Counted from the stretch's first letter, positions 30,326-41,532 are shown. The stretch: DNA of 64,000 nt from a virus (IMGVR_UViG_3300028394_000059:22785-86784), one strand, 5' to 3'. Translations and numbers: made by a program. Notes: a model not told the origin generated them from the letters alone.

Positions 30326-33300
30326 ATGTCCGGAGCAAAGCTTTTTGATTATAATTCATCATTTTCAGTTATAAGAACAAATCCCAAATTAACCGGGAAT
30401 TTTAGAATAACCGTTGATTCTAATGGTGAGGTTAATTTCAATTCCATGAGTGTTAACCAAACATTAAGTGATAATAGATTTAAGGCATTTAATATTACGG
30501 GGGAGAATAGCTTTTCTCTTGACCTATTCAACTTCTTTGATAAAGGACAAACCCCTTATAATACTATCTTTCAGGTAGGTGAATTTACCAAAGGTGCAAG
30601 ACAGATAGTTAAGGAGTATTCTGAACAATATGATTTCTATTATGCAAGTGGAGCATCACCACTAGCGGATAAAAATTACGGTGAATCATTTAGCTATTTT
30701 GCACCACTGTGGATAAAAAACGAGATACCAGACTATTTTGTTATATTTAAAGTTCCTGGACCGATTGCTTATCCATATTCAAAGAATTATACCACGATAT
30801 CTCCAGGCATTAATTACAAGATAGTCAAGGATTATTATAGCGAGGAAGATTTTAAGATAATATACGGTAAGGACCCTTCAGGTAACGATATAGTTTTAGG
30901 TAGTGGTGATATATTTACCGGTAATAGCGTATATAATACATATACAATAATGAGTGGTGTTGGTAGAGTTGTTATCTACAACGAGCTAGAATATCTTGAA
31001 GAGAGTAATGATATAAACACATTGTTTACACAAAAAATATTACCAAATCTTACCATAGTTAAAACATTCGATATTAGGGAAAATACAAAGATAGGAAAAT
31101 ATATTAGATCAGTATTTAATAACCCTCAATTCTCTAAATCCCCTATAGACGTTAGCTTTGGCCCTAATGCATACACCTATTTCAATGGTGTTTCCGTTAA
31201 GGATGGTATCTATACAAGGAAGGGTGAAATATTATCCACGTATTATTCAGGAGATTCATCGGATAAAATGATGGATTTCGAATCCTATGTAACATCTGGA
31301 TTTTCTAGAAATGGTATGATTTGTCCGAATCTTCTTAATATGGAATTCCTGTTTGATGATGATGACTCCGATATGTATACCATAAATAGATACATGGGAT
31401 TCTATGTATCCAGAAATGATATGGCATCACTGAGATTGGATGGTAATGCATTTTACGAATATAGAAACATGCCGGGTAATAATGATTTACCTAAGCCATC
31501 CAGAAATTCATTTGGATATTATTATGACAATACCACATATGGTGTAACTGCTTCTAACGGGGTCAGATTATTCTATGAGGGTGCTAGCGGGTATCTTCCT
31601 GGATCTTGGGACGTTAATAATTTGGATAGCAATAAGGTATTCTATCTGACCGATAAATATGACAATTTTTACAACCTAGGTAGGGCTAAGGATCTTGCTT
31701 TATTTGATTCGGCCAACAATCCAATACCGGATGTTTCTTATGGACCATTTGATCCAGCTACCGGTGGATTTGTTATATATGGATCTTCGGGAGCAGCATC
31801 GGGTAACGTTCTTCTGCAGGACATGAATGTCGACCTACTTAATTTCACCGGGACGGATAAGAAAGTTGGAACAATACCAGGAACAAGAGCTACATCAGCG
31901 GGTAAAGCATATTGTGAAATAGAATTTACTAAGAACTATGATCTCAATACACCATTAACATTTAAGATATATTGGCCCAATGGTAAAAAGAAGGAGGGAT
32001 CAAAAAGGTATGATATTGTTACTGCTGATGATTTTTCTTCGTCACTGGTATGGGTAGCAGGTTCATATTATTCTACCGGATCTGACTATTATTTTAATGC
32101 AAAGGATGGTACATACGAGGAGATAGCTACATCATTATCCAATCTATTGGATGAAGTTAATTATTCAACATGGGAAACTGGGGTTAATTTGAATTCCACA
32201 ATCATAAGATTAAACGATTCAGGAATATACGGGAATACGGACTATTCCATTAGTGTTTTCGATGATTATGCAGCTTTTGTTTCGTTATTTAGAGGTAATT
32301 GGTCAAACTCATTGTCTTATTCTATAAACGAGATAGTTATCTATAATGGCAATTACTATCAGACAAGCTCAAATATATCAGCTCCAGCCCAGGGTAGCTT
32401 TAATAGCAATCCCGATGCTGCTGCTGGATGGACTCATTATATGACATTTTCTAATCCGGGATACCTTAAAATAAATGGTACCGATGCCTCCGCTATAGGC
32501 AGTGCGGTTTATTTTGAGGGGGGTACTAGGAGCATTAACAATAGGATAATATTCCCTGCGGAATATGATGGATTAGTGGAACCTGGATATTACATCAAAA
32601 CCACTGCGGGATATTCTATTATTACTAGTGTTACCAAATATGTTGATTTACCCAAACTGGATTCAGTAACAAGAAAAATAATAGGGTTTGATGATTTTAC
32701 ATATCTTAGGGTAGCTAATATCGGTGAATCGGTAGTAACCTCGACTAACCGTCTTAACACTCCATTTACACCTATTGTTGAGCTAGGATCGGATAATTCT
32801 TTTAATACATATAAAACCCCCGATTTAAAAATAGGAGTATTTACATTCTTTGATTCTAAGGAATTTGATTTTGACTTTTGGAGTTCTGCTTATGGATATA
32901 CACCAACAGCGGAAACGTATAAATACTTTCAACTACAGCCAGATGTAGCAAATACAATAGTAAAAAATATACCATACGTAATAAAACAGGGTCAAATAAA
33001 TTATGCAGGATCCCTATATGACCAGGGAAACATATTTTATGGTGCTACCGGATATACATCCTTTACTGATGCTAATCCTAATTTATTCAAGGATCTTATA
33101 GTTATACCAGCTCAGTATTCAGATATTGACTATGATCCTTCCGCTTTAAATTATTCACAGATAGGCTATAATGGGGATTTAGATGCTTTTAATGGATTCA
33201 TAGGTATACAGAGTTTAACACCAAATACTCTAGCTGACACAGCATCCAAATTGCAAATATTTAACAGGGGTAAATTAGACACCGAGTATGAATATTTGCA

Positions 33301-35893
33301 GGAAAATTATACCGCGGAGAGAGCCAATGTTTCCAGAATAGTTCCTTTTATAAATAAATGGGCATATACTTCAGGTACAGATTCTAGGGGTAACAATTAT
33401 AGACTTAATGTTAGCCCTGCATTCTCTCCGACAAATTTTTCACCTAGTTTGGATAAGAACGTTCCTGACTCAAGATATGTTACGCATGAGTGGTTCTTAT
33501 TGGAACAGCCGCCCGTAGGATTTCCTGTAGATCAGATGCAGAATCAAAATAGTTATCTTCCGGGAAAGATAGATTTGGATAAAGCTAGAAGTGCAGATCC
33601 TTCGGATTACCTGTACCTTAATTCATATTTTACAGTGGAACCGTCCGATTATGAATCACAATATGTTGATAATACCTCATATACAAAAGAATTATTTACA
33701 CCGTTTAAATATAATAAATCGGATGGATATTACGAGACTCTATTTAGAGGAGTAAAGGTTACTTTAAGGAAAAGATCAAATATCTCGGATGCTTATTCAA
33801 ATTCTGCAGATAAATATATTCCTAAATACAGAGGATATGAGGATTATAAATTTGCTGCTATATTAAGGCCAATAGACGAGAATGACTCCACAATACAGGA
33901 TCCTGTTCGATATGAAATAATAGAAAATCAACAGCAGAAATTCATACTATTTGTTTGTGATGTTTTGATGGGTGATTATAAATCTTTACCAATAGGATAT
34001 ACGGGTGGAACCGGTGGGACAGGTGGGACAGGTGGGACAGGTGGAACCGGTGGATCACCTGTTCTTGATTATACACTATTGTATTCATTAAGTAATAAGG
34101 AAAAATTAAGAAATCCGTTATCCGTTGGTGAAAAATATTATGAGATGGCGGACATAAAGTTAAGCTCAGCTCTAGATCTATCGCTTTCTTCAGGTAGCAT
34201 AGTAGATACATCAAGAAGCCCAGGTATAATAAATTATATACCTAGTAGTACATATGATACTGATCTTAGAGAGGAAATACACACATTTTATGCTGAGAAC
34301 TCTGTTGGTGCAGTTTCTGGACCAAGTCCAACCGGTATCGGAAGCTTCGATGTTCCGTCTATATCAGGAACATATCCTTGGCCCATAGGGGTCGGACCTA
34401 ATTATATCGAATTCGGAAAGGTTGCAACCGGTGCTGCTAACTACACATTTCAGATACCGTTTTCTGCATCCAATCCAGTGACAGTCCCTGTTGGACCAGC
34501 ATCCGTATATAGGGGCAATCCTGTTTTTCAGAAGGGTGGGGGTGAGAATTATTATGATTCTATATTAACAAGAATAACAGCTGCTGATATCTCAGCAAGA
34601 ATAAATAGAGGATCTAAATACATCTTGTATAAAACCTACGTCTGGGATGAAGTAAATTCTGTCACTGTTGAAAAATCTGATGATTTCCAGCTGCGTTTGG
34701 ATAGACCGACAAGGATAGTTAAAGGGAAGGGTACAAGGATAACCGATTTCTACGGGGGTCCACAAACAATCGGGCAATATACACCTACAGGTTACACTAT
34801 TCAATCAAATCAGGATCTTCCCTCAACACTACTTAGGTATTCTGGAGGGTATGAACCTTTATTCAGAAAAGTAATACATTTTGATGGTGATAAAAGTGAT
34901 AAAATATCGGGATATACCGCTTTAGATCTATCATTTAGAAATTGTAATTTTGCACCGAATAAATTATATTTCGGTGTATCAAGAAATCTACAGTTCGCTA
35001 AGGTTTCACCCGATAGCAATATATTATCATTAAGCGAAAATTTACCGGAGGGACCTGTATATCCATTGGTTGGACAGTCACCTATATGGAAGAAAGACTT
35101 TAATTTATTTTCTTCCTCATGGGATCCTGGTTATTACCAAAAATTTACTGGGCCCTCAGTATATACTGATGTAGCGGGTACAAGATCGATGAAAGAATAT
35201 AAAAACTTCTTTGGGTCAAAAATAATGAAGACACCGGATCCTGTTGATTTTGATAATTACATAACCCTGCAGATATCTAGAACTAATGGTAATACCGACG
35301 TTGCAGCACTGAATAATTCTATAGATTCTTACATAAAATCAGTCCAGGAAATATCGCCTACCAATTCGGGGACCGGTATAGGAAGTGTTGGACCATATCT
35401 TTCCGGTGTGGATTATGATAAAATAGATCCTAATATATTTCCTGATGCTGAAATCATTTGGCAATATTTTAAGGAGACGAATCTAATAAAGGGTACGATA
35501 AGGCTAGATAAAATGCTAAGGAGATATCTTCTTAACTCCGGAATAAAACAAGTATTTATAGATAATATGATTTCTGATTTTGGAGTAGGAAGTCCTGATT
35601 CAATAGATGATGATGTTAATACTTATATAGATCTTAATGTATCCCCTTTATATATGGGAAATATTTTTGATCTTTATGTAAATAAAAACGGAACTACTGA
35701 GGGCAAATTAATGGATCCTAACTACATGGTAAGAGGTGATATAACATCGTCGGATAGATATAAAATGGGATATATCAATGAGATCAATTATAAATTAACA
35801 AAAAATAAGGATTTAATTTATAATTTTGAGTATAATCTGGAGAGCAATTATAATTATTCACTGCTCTTTGACCTAGGAATAACTAAGATATAA
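30326..35893 (+). CDS. Hypothetical large structural protein (1855 aa) with a carbohydrate-binding-like W..Y module and a (GGT)n tract
   Basis: Long ORF; WSNSLSYSINEIVIYNGNYY resembles a CBM5/12-like motif; YTGGTGGTGGTGGTGGTGGS tract. Confidence 0.55.
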   Translation: MSGAKLFDYNSSFSVIRTNPKLTGNFRITVDSNGEVNFNSMSVNQTLSDNRFKAFNITGENSFSLDLFNFFDKGQTPYNTIFQVGEFTKGARQIVKEYSEQYDFYYASGASPLADKNYGESFSYFAPLWIKNEIPDYFVIFKVPGPIAYPYSKNYTTISPGINYKIVKDYYSEEDFKIIYGKDPSGNDIVLGSGDIFTGNSVYNTYTIMSGVGRVVIYNELEYLEESNDINTLFTQKILPNLTIVKTFDIRENTKIGKYIRSVFNNPQFSKSPIDVSFGPNAYTYFNGVSVKDGIYTRKGEILSTYYSGDSSDKMMDFESYVTSGFSRNGMICPNLLNMEFLFDDDDSDMYTINRYMGFYVSRNDMASLRLDGNAFYEYRNMPGNNDLPKPSRNSFGYYYDNTTYGVTASNGVRLFYEGASGYLPGSWDVNNLDSNKVFYLTDKYDNFYNLGRAKDLALFDSANNPIPDVSYGPFDPATGGFVIYGSSGAASGNVLLQDMNVDLLNFTGTDKKVGTIPGTRATSAGKAYCEIEFTKNYDLNTPLTFKIYWPNGKKKEGSKRYDIVTADDFSSSLVWVAGSYYSTGSDYYFNAKDGTYEEIATSLSNLLDEVNYSTWETGVNLNSTIIRLNDSGIYGNTDYSISVFDDYAAFVSLFRGNWSNSLSYSINEIVIYNGNYYQTSSNISAPAQGSFNSNPDAAAGWTHYMTFSNPGYLKINGTDASAIGSAVYFEGGTRSINNRIIFPAEYDGLVEPGYYIKTTAGYSIITSVTKYVDLPKLDSVTRKIIGFDDFTYLRVANIGESVVTSTNRLNTPFTPIVELGSDNSFNTYKTPDLKIGVFTFFDSKEFDFDFWSSAYGYTPTAETYKYFQLQPDVANTIVKNIPYVIKQGQINYAGSLYDQGNIFYGATGYTSFTDANPNLFKDLIVIPAQYSDIDYDPSALNYSQIGYNGDLDAFNGFIGIQSLTPNTLADTASKLQIFNRGKLDTEYEYLQENYTAERANVSRIVPFINKWAYTSGTDSRGNNYRLNVSPAFSPTNFSPSLDKNVPDSRYVTHEWFLLEQPPVGFPVDQMQNQNSYLPGKIDLDKARSADPSDYLYLNSYFTVEPSDYESQYVDNTSYTKELFTPFKYNKSDGYYETLFRGVKVTLRKRSNISDAYSNSADKYIPKYRGYEDYKFAAILRPIDENDSTIQDPVRYEIIENQQQKFILFVCDVLMGDYKSLPIGYTGGTGGTGGTGGTGGTGGSPVLDYTLLYSLSNKEKLRNPLSVGEKYYEMADIKLSSALDLSLSSGSIVDTSRSPGIINYIPSSTYDTDLREEIHTFYAENSVGAVSGPSPTGIGSFDVPSISGTYPWPIGVGPNYIEFGKVATGAANYTFQIPFSASNPVTVPVGPASVYRGNPVFQKGGGENYYDSILTRITAADISARINRGSKYILYKTYVWDEVNSVTVEKSDDFQLRLDRPTRIVKGKGTRITDFYGGPQTIGQYTPTGYTIQSNQDLPSTLLRYSGGYEPLFRKVIHFDGDKSDKISGYTALDLSFRNCNFAPNKLYFGVSRNLQFAKVSPDSNILSLSENLPEGPVYPLVGQSPIWKKDFNLFSSSWDPGYYQKFTGPSVYTDVAGTRSMKEYKNFFGSKIMKTPDPVDFDNYITLQISRTNGNTDVAALNNSIDSYIKSVQEISPTNSGTGIGSVGPYLSGVDYDKIDPNIFPDAEIIWQYFKETNLIKGTIRLDKMLRRYLLNSGIKQVFIDNMISDFGVGSPDSIDDDVNTYIDLNVSPLYMGNIFDLYVNKNGTTEGKLMDPNYMVRGDITSSDRYKMGYINEINYKLTKNKDLIYNFEYNLESNYNYSLLFDLGITKI
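34001..34054 (+). repeat. Six tandem 9-bp units ACNGGTGGR encoding (TGG)6
   Basis: acgggtgga accggtggg acaggtggg acaggtggg acaggtgga accggtgga. Confidence 0.95.
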
Positions 35894-35899
35894 AAGAAT

Positions 35900-37447
35900 A
35901 TGCCAAATATCAATATACAGACATTAAACTATACCGATCCTCAATCAGTAGTCATAGATAGATTGAATCATAATTTCGATGAAATCATAGAGGCAAATGG
36001 GGGATCTCAGGGTCTATTTGGACCAACTGGATTTGCTGGTCCTATAGGAGGTAGAGGACCCGTTGGTCCATCAGGATCTGCAGGAATAAGAGGATCGAGG
36101 TGGTACGTTCAGCCAACCACACCACTACAGAGTACCGTCGTAGATGGAGATTTTTGGGTTAATAGTTCATCCGGTGAAATTAATGAATTCTCTGAATCCG
36201 GATGGAATTTTACTGGATATACACTAGCAGCAGACGGAAATATTTTTTTATCCTCTCCATCAACATATACATCGGGTGCTACTGCTGGCTCTTCGATAAT
36301 GCTTGACCGAATATTGCCTGATGATTATCTTTTCGTGGTAGCTGACAAGGTTCCTGAATCCGGGGTTCTTAACGAGAATCTTTCCAAATTTATGATATCA
36401 ACGGATCCCTCCGTAAATGATTCCCCAATACTTGAATTTTCTAGAACTGATCTTGAGAACGGAACAGTTGCTGATTATTCTAAACATCCATTATTCAGAT
36501 GGAAGAATTTTGATGCGGATGATAACTCCGTGATATTTCAAATTCCTGGAGGTGCATTTATTATTGGTGCTTCAGGAGGATTTACCTCCACCTTTAGTAA
36601 TTTAAACGTAGCATCATCTTTATCAACTGACATATTATACGGAGCTACTTCTGGATCCGGAATATATTCAACGGGTGGATTTAATATAAATTCTCCAAGT
36701 GGGCAATTTAATATCATAAGTTCATTCATTAATATTACAGGTGGATCTGGATCTATTTCCGCCCCTGTAAATGCCACTGCAAATTTGGATAGTAATACAT
36801 TATCATCTTATATTTATGCGGGTGGACCAACCGGATCATCCGGTTTAACAACATCCAGAATGAGTGATACGTTTCAAACACTATCTCATTCAGTATACAA
36901 TGTTAGTTTAGAGTCATCCAGTGGGAGGGAATTTTTTATTGATACTAAAGGAAAGGTTAAAACTAATAAATACGAGACCTCAATACAATACGCATCAACT
37001 ACACCTGGTGCAACCAGCGTAATATCGGCTAGGACAGTAAACTGGTATCTCATATCAAGACCAGGAACACCTGTTACGTCATCTGTATTAGAAAATGGTA
37101 ATACCATAGTATTAAATCCATCAGTACCCACAAATACTTATATTGGTGTTGGAATATACAATGGTAACGAATACTCATGGGGAGGGTCTGGAGGACTTGA
37201 TTATGGACAATCAATAGATATAGATGTTCACTTTAGTCCAAATACGGTTCAACCTGGATTTTCTGATGGATTCAGATATATCGGAAAGGGTGCTACCGCA
37301 GGAAATGCAACCAGTGTTATAAATTTACCTTTTGCTGCGGCTACCGTGGAATTTACTGTTGCAAGGGGAGTAACCGGAGGCAATACCTCAGTTTTTTATC
37401 GAGCTTATGGACAAACAGGAGGATCCGGGGGATCTTTTGTTCTTTGA
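35900..37447 (+). CDS. Collagen-containing tail fibre protein (paralog 1)
   Basis: N-terminal ..DRLNHNF, Gly-X-Y run, RGSRW...GDFWVN. Confidence 0.7.
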   Translation: MPNINIQTLNYTDPQSVVIDRLNHNFDEIIEANGGSQGLFGPTGFAGPIGGRGPVGPSGSAGIRGSRWYVQPTTPLQSTVVDGDFWVNSSSGEINEFSESGWNFTGYTLAADGNIFLSSPSTYTSGATAGSSIMLDRILPDDYLFVVADKVPESGVLNENLSKFMISTDPSVNDSPILEFSRTDLENGTVADYSKHPLFRWKNFDADDNSVIFQIPGGAFIIGASGGFTSTFSNLNVASSLSTDILYGATSGSGIYSTGGFNINSPSGQFNIISSFINITGGSGSISAPVNATANLDSNTLSSYIYAGGPTGSSGLTTSRMSDTFQTLSHSVYNVSLESSSGREFFIDTKGKVKTNKYETSIQYASTTPGATSVISARTVNWYLISRPGTPVTSSVLENGNTIVLNPSVPTNTYIGVGIYNGNEYSWGGSGGLDYGQSIDIDVHFSPNTVQPGFSDGFRYIGKGATAGNATSVINLPFAAATVEFTVARGVTGGNTSVFYRAYGQTGGSGGSFVL

Positions 37448-37453
37448 TATATA
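37446..37453 (+). promoter_or_regulatory. GATATATA putative late promoter
   Basis: Overlaps the TGA stop; 38 nt before the ATG at 37484. Confidence 0.6.
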
Positions 37454-37483
37454 CAATAACTAATTAGATCAGTAAAGAGCAAA

Positions 37484-39151
37484 ATGGCAGATTTAAAACT
37501 ATTAAGAATTGAAGATGGCGACTCCCAGTCAAATCTAACAGATAAGGCAAATTATAATTTTGCAAGTCTGCTAACATCTGGAGGTGGACCATATGGAAGA
37601 ATCGGACCCATCGGACCTGATGGTGCTAAAGGCCCAACTGGACCTATTGGATCATATGGTTATTTTGGAGGGAGAGGTACAATATGGACTGTTGGTCCAT
37701 GTCAACCAACCGTGACCTCATCTGTTTCTGGTGATTTTTGGATAAACTCGGAAAACTCAAACTCAGTATATCAATTTGGTAACGGTGCATGGTCATTGTA
37801 TGGATTCAATCTTAAATCTCAGGATCTTTTTTCCATAAAAGGACCGATAACAACATCGGCGGGGTTGTCATCTAGATACGGATATTTTCTGTCATCAAAT
37901 ACCCCAATAAACTATACGGTAGTTATTAGTGATAATAAATCGATGAACAGCGGTACTGTGAGTTCGCCAAATGCTTTTGCAAATCCTCAATACTCCAAAT
38001 TCGTAATAGCAACTAATGGTGCTACTGCGGGTAGAAATATACTTGAATTTAGTAAATTCTCATATTCTGCAAGCCCCGCATTTTCCTCATCAACCCCTAG
38101 ATTTAAATGGCTAGCAACTGGAGCTACTGGAGATGATTACGGACTTGGCTTTAATAGTGCGGGTTCATTAAATATTACCATACCGTCTTCAGATTTGGAA
38201 CTTAGATCCACATCAGAATTTGTATATTTTAACTCCATTGGATTTAATTTCTATATGAATAGCTCGCAGGTATTTACAACAAATTCTACAGGGAATACGG
38301 TCTTTGATTTTGGGAGTGGTGTTGCTAGATTTAGCACAAAAAATATATCATATTCTTCGGGTCAATTTAACATTCCAACATCATTTAATACATATACGCA
38401 AAATACAGATTATGATCCTCCACTATCATTATTAACGTACTCATCTTTGGCAGGAAATCTGAGATATTTGTATAACGCAAAATCAAATGCTGATGCTATT
38501 TTATTCAGAAGCGCACAATCAGGAACAACACTATTTTCTGTTTCTGGTAACGGATATGTTTATATGAATAAAAAAGTTAACTCTATACAACAAGAACAGA
38601 CATTAACACAAACCGTACAATCGATACCACTATCAGCTGGGGTAACCGTAAATTGGACAACAATAACACCATCAATATCAGCAACAACCTCAGCAACAAA
38701 CCTTTTTTATGTAAACAACGGCTCTAATTACGTGATAAAAAAATCACCATCAGCAGCAGCCGGCCAGAGAGGAATTTGCTTATGGACTCCTGCAACGGGA
38801 GGATCTTTTGGTAACAATGGGGGTTGGCTGAATCTTGTAGAGAATGGCGAAGCCATCTCATTCAAGGTTCATAGTGATAATCCGGGATCAACTGGCAGTC
38901 ATTTTAAGTACTTGGGTCTGAACACAACTAACAATCCTTTAGGTTCGCCTAATTCATATGGAGGGTATAATTCAGAAATAAGTGAATTACCAAGTGGTGC
39001 TTCTTCCGTTGAATTTACAATAGTTAATATAACAGGAACAGGTGGAACAAGTGGTACTAAAAGATGGTATAAAGTATATTATTCAGCCTGGGGCGGTGGT
39101 TTAACCGGACATTCCTGTGGAGTACTAACAACATACCCATCAACATCTTAA
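37484..39151 (+). CDS. Collagen-containing tail fibre protein (paralog 2)
   Basis: GDSQSNLTDKANYNF, Gly-X-Y run, RGTIW...GDFWIN. Confidence 0.7.
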   Translation: MADLKLLRIEDGDSQSNLTDKANYNFASLLTSGGGPYGRIGPIGPDGAKGPTGPIGSYGYFGGRGTIWTVGPCQPTVTSSVSGDFWINSENSNSVYQFGNGAWSLYGFNLKSQDLFSIKGPITTSAGLSSRYGYFLSSNTPINYTVVISDNKSMNSGTVSSPNAFANPQYSKFVIATNGATAGRNILEFSKFSYSASPAFSSSTPRFKWLATGATGDDYGLGFNSAGSLNITIPSSDLELRSTSEFVYFNSIGFNFYMNSSQVFTTNSTGNTVFDFGSGVARFSTKNISYSSGQFNIPTSFNTYTQNTDYDPPLSLLTYSSLAGNLRYLYNAKSNADAILFRSAQSGTTLFSVSGNGYVYMNKKVNSIQQEQTLTQTVQSIPLSAGVTVNWTTITPSISATTSATNLFYVNNGSNYVIKKSPSAAAGQRGICLWTPATGGSFGNNGGWLNLVENGEAISFKVHSDNPGSTGSHFKYLGLNTTNNPLGSPNSYGGYNSEISELPSGASSVEFTIVNITGTGGTSGTKRWYKVYYSAWGGGLTGHSCGVLTTYPSTS

Positions 39152-39154
39152 CAT

Positions 39155-41206
39155 ATGCACTTTAACACTAAATATATTTTCCAGGGGGATTCTCAAAAAG
39201 AGATAGGCAGAAAGATCAACTATAATTTTGATCAGATATTATCTTTTGGGGTTGGTCCGAATGGACACATGGGACCTAGAGGTGCTACTGGATTATACGG
39301 ACCTGCTGGATATAGAGGCACCAAGGGTGCAACTGGTATTCGAGCAAATCAGTGGTTTAAACAACCAGCCCAGCCGCTAAGTAGTCAAACAATACCTTAT
39401 GACGTATGGGTTGATAACTCCTCAGGTGATGGTGATATATACACATTTGGTACTACTGGCTCTTGGAATTATAGCGGATATTCATTCTTTAACTCAACCT
39501 ATTTCAAATCGTACTCTGGGATATTAGGTCCTGGTGGATCTACCGAAAAATATGTTATTGGTATTAACGATGCCGGAGGTTCTGATTTGATAAATTTGGT
39601 TATAAATGATGGCGTACTAAATGCTTCTAATTCTAATCCAAATGCATCAAAGGTCGTAGTATCAACAACGGATCAGATAACCAGGCCCATAATGAGTTTC
39701 GGAAAATCGGGAGCGATATCATCGGGTGTACCCTCATTTTTATGGGACAGCATAGGTTCTTCAACCGGTTTAATCTATAGATCAACGGGATCACTAAATA
39801 TAACATCATACCTTGGTCTATCAATAGACTCCGGACTAGCCAGAACGATATTATTCGGTAATAATTCAAATATATCGGCATCTTCATTTTCCATTAGGGG
39901 CAATGGCGATTTTGATTTATATGCAAATACCACAATCGGAAGCGGATCTATATTTAAACTAACATCCAGGAATCTTGTTACAAGTGCAGCATCTTTCACT
40001 CATCAGGGTCCTATGAAAATATCAACCTATCAATCGGGTACATATTCTCTAAATATTTCGCCAACGACTGCATTATTATCAGCTGGTATATTGAACGATG
40101 TTAATGGCTCTGTTACTAATACATTTTCTTTTAATGATCTTACTGGAAACCCAATTTTATCTGGTAAGCCATATGGCCCGATCGGTACTTCCAAGCACGC
40201 TGAAACCATATTTGGATCCACCGGGGGATTAACTGGGGGTACTGCTGGACCATATTCGTATCATGTTAAGAGAGCAGCAATTGTAGCAAAAGTAACCGAG
40301 ACTGTTCAAAATGTTATCCCGTATCCGGCAAAAACTGGAGGTGTCCAAATTTTTAATGTATTTGATTTAACTGCAACCAGCAATTATAATTCAAATGTTA
40401 TAGTAATTAGACCAACATTATATACAGCACCCTCCTCTATTCTCTATGGGGTCTATATTAGAGTTCCGGCATCGGTATCTCAAAATCTACAACCGGTTTA
40501 TGGCACAGATAAAACAAATATTTATAGGATAATGCTTGATGATAGTGATTATTTTATGCAGAAAATTATAGGTGGTATAATCTTTACATTCACAGACTAT
40601 GGTTCGGGAGGTCTAACGTCAACATCATTCCTTACTTCCGTTACACTACCTACACACGGTGGACCAGGTACTGGATGTAAATATATTGATTTGCATTGGA
40701 TAGCATATGCGAATCCTAACAACTCTAACCCTAGACTTTTCTATCGAACTTGCACAGGAATAGGCGGATATGTAGATCTAACCAATTTGGCAACTGTCGG
40801 TGCTGCGACTAGCTCAGTTACTACCGGAGTTTCCTCAGGGTCTTCAACTGGCTCCTCCTTTTTTGGTAAAATCATATGCAATTTATTATATCGCCAAGGA
40901 TACTTACCTAAAGAAATTTGGGAAGCCGATGAGAAATTTGGTAGATTAATGTTTAAAACAAATAAGAAAGGATTGTTTGGTTATTCAACTTGGGCAAAAC
41001 CTGTGGTTAATTTCTTAACTAAAAACCCACAATATTCGAAATATTTCTACTTAATAGTAAAACCTTGGTCTGAACACATGGCTTATAAGATGGGAGTATT
41101 ACCTAAGGATAATAAACTTGGAAAAGTGATACATTATTTTGGTAATAAATTCTCACTTATGGTTTATAAATTAATAGCATACAAAAAAATAAGAAAGAAA
41201 AAATAA
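39155..41206 (+). CDS. Collagen-containing tail fibre protein (paralog 3) with a C-terminal KIIC domain
   Basis: GDSQKEIGRKINYNF, Gly-X-Y run, RANQW...DVWVD; an S/G linker is followed by GKIICNLLYRQG...WEAD..FG...GY..WA.PVV. Confidence 0.7.
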   Translation: MHFNTKYIFQGDSQKEIGRKINYNFDQILSFGVGPNGHMGPRGATGLYGPAGYRGTKGATGIRANQWFKQPAQPLSSQTIPYDVWVDNSSGDGDIYTFGTTGSWNYSGYSFFNSTYFKSYSGILGPGGSTEKYVIGINDAGGSDLINLVINDGVLNASNSNPNASKVVVSTTDQITRPIMSFGKSGAISSGVPSFLWDSIGSSTGLIYRSTGSLNITSYLGLSIDSGLARTILFGNNSNISASSFSIRGNGDFDLYANTTIGSGSIFKLTSRNLVTSAASFTHQGPMKISTYQSGTYSLNISPTTALLSAGILNDVNGSVTNTFSFNDLTGNPILSGKPYGPIGTSKHAETIFGSTGGLTGGTAGPYSYHVKRAAIVAKVTETVQNVIPYPAKTGGVQIFNVFDLTATSNYNSNVIVIRPTLYTAPSSILYGVYIRVPASVSQNLQPVYGTDKTNIYRIMLDDSDYFMQKIIGGIIFTFTDYGSGGLTSTSFLTSVTLPTHGGPGTGCKYIDLHWIAYANPNNSNPRLFYRTCTGIGGYVDLTNLATVGAATSSVTTGVSSGSSTGSSFFGKIICNLLYRQGYLPKEIWEADEKFGRLMFKTNKKGLFGYSTWAKPVVNFLTKNPQYSKYFYLIVKPWSEHMAYKMGVLPKDNKLGKVIHYFGNKFSLMVYKLIAYKKIRKKK

Positions 41207-41268
41207 TTTCGTCGGGATTTTGGAAGCAACAATTAAATAAAATCAGCAAATAAAAAATAAAGATAAAT

Positions 41269-41532
41269 ATGATACAATTATCAGCAGAAGAAAGAGAACA
41301 GATATTAAAATTCTCTAGGGAATTTGTTAATATCCACCAATCGATATTATCGGTTGAAGAAAATATAGCCAAGCTAGAAATAGAGTCATCGAGTCTGATA
41401 TCTCAATTGGAGAAATGCAGGGAAGTTGAAAATGAATTTGTAGAACAGCTGGAAAATAAATACGGTGAGGGAAAGTTAGATCCTATTAATCTAACATGGA
41501 AAAAAGAAATTTTAAATGAAATACATCAATAA
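41269..41532 (+). CDS. Small coiled-coil protein (possible fibre chaperone)
   Basis: 87 aa helical protein ending LENKYGEGKLD; lies after the fibre genes. Confidence 0.55.
   Translation: MIQLSAEEREQILKFSREFVNIHQSILSVEENIAKLEIESSSLISQLEKCREVENEFVEQLENKYGEGKLDPINLTWKKEILNEIHQ

Noticed and set aside
14122-34054. Repeats considered as a CRISPR array or a DGR template/variable pair
   Set aside because: They are in-frame codon repeats without unique spacers. No cas or reverse transcriptase gene and no adenine-specific repeat pair was seen.
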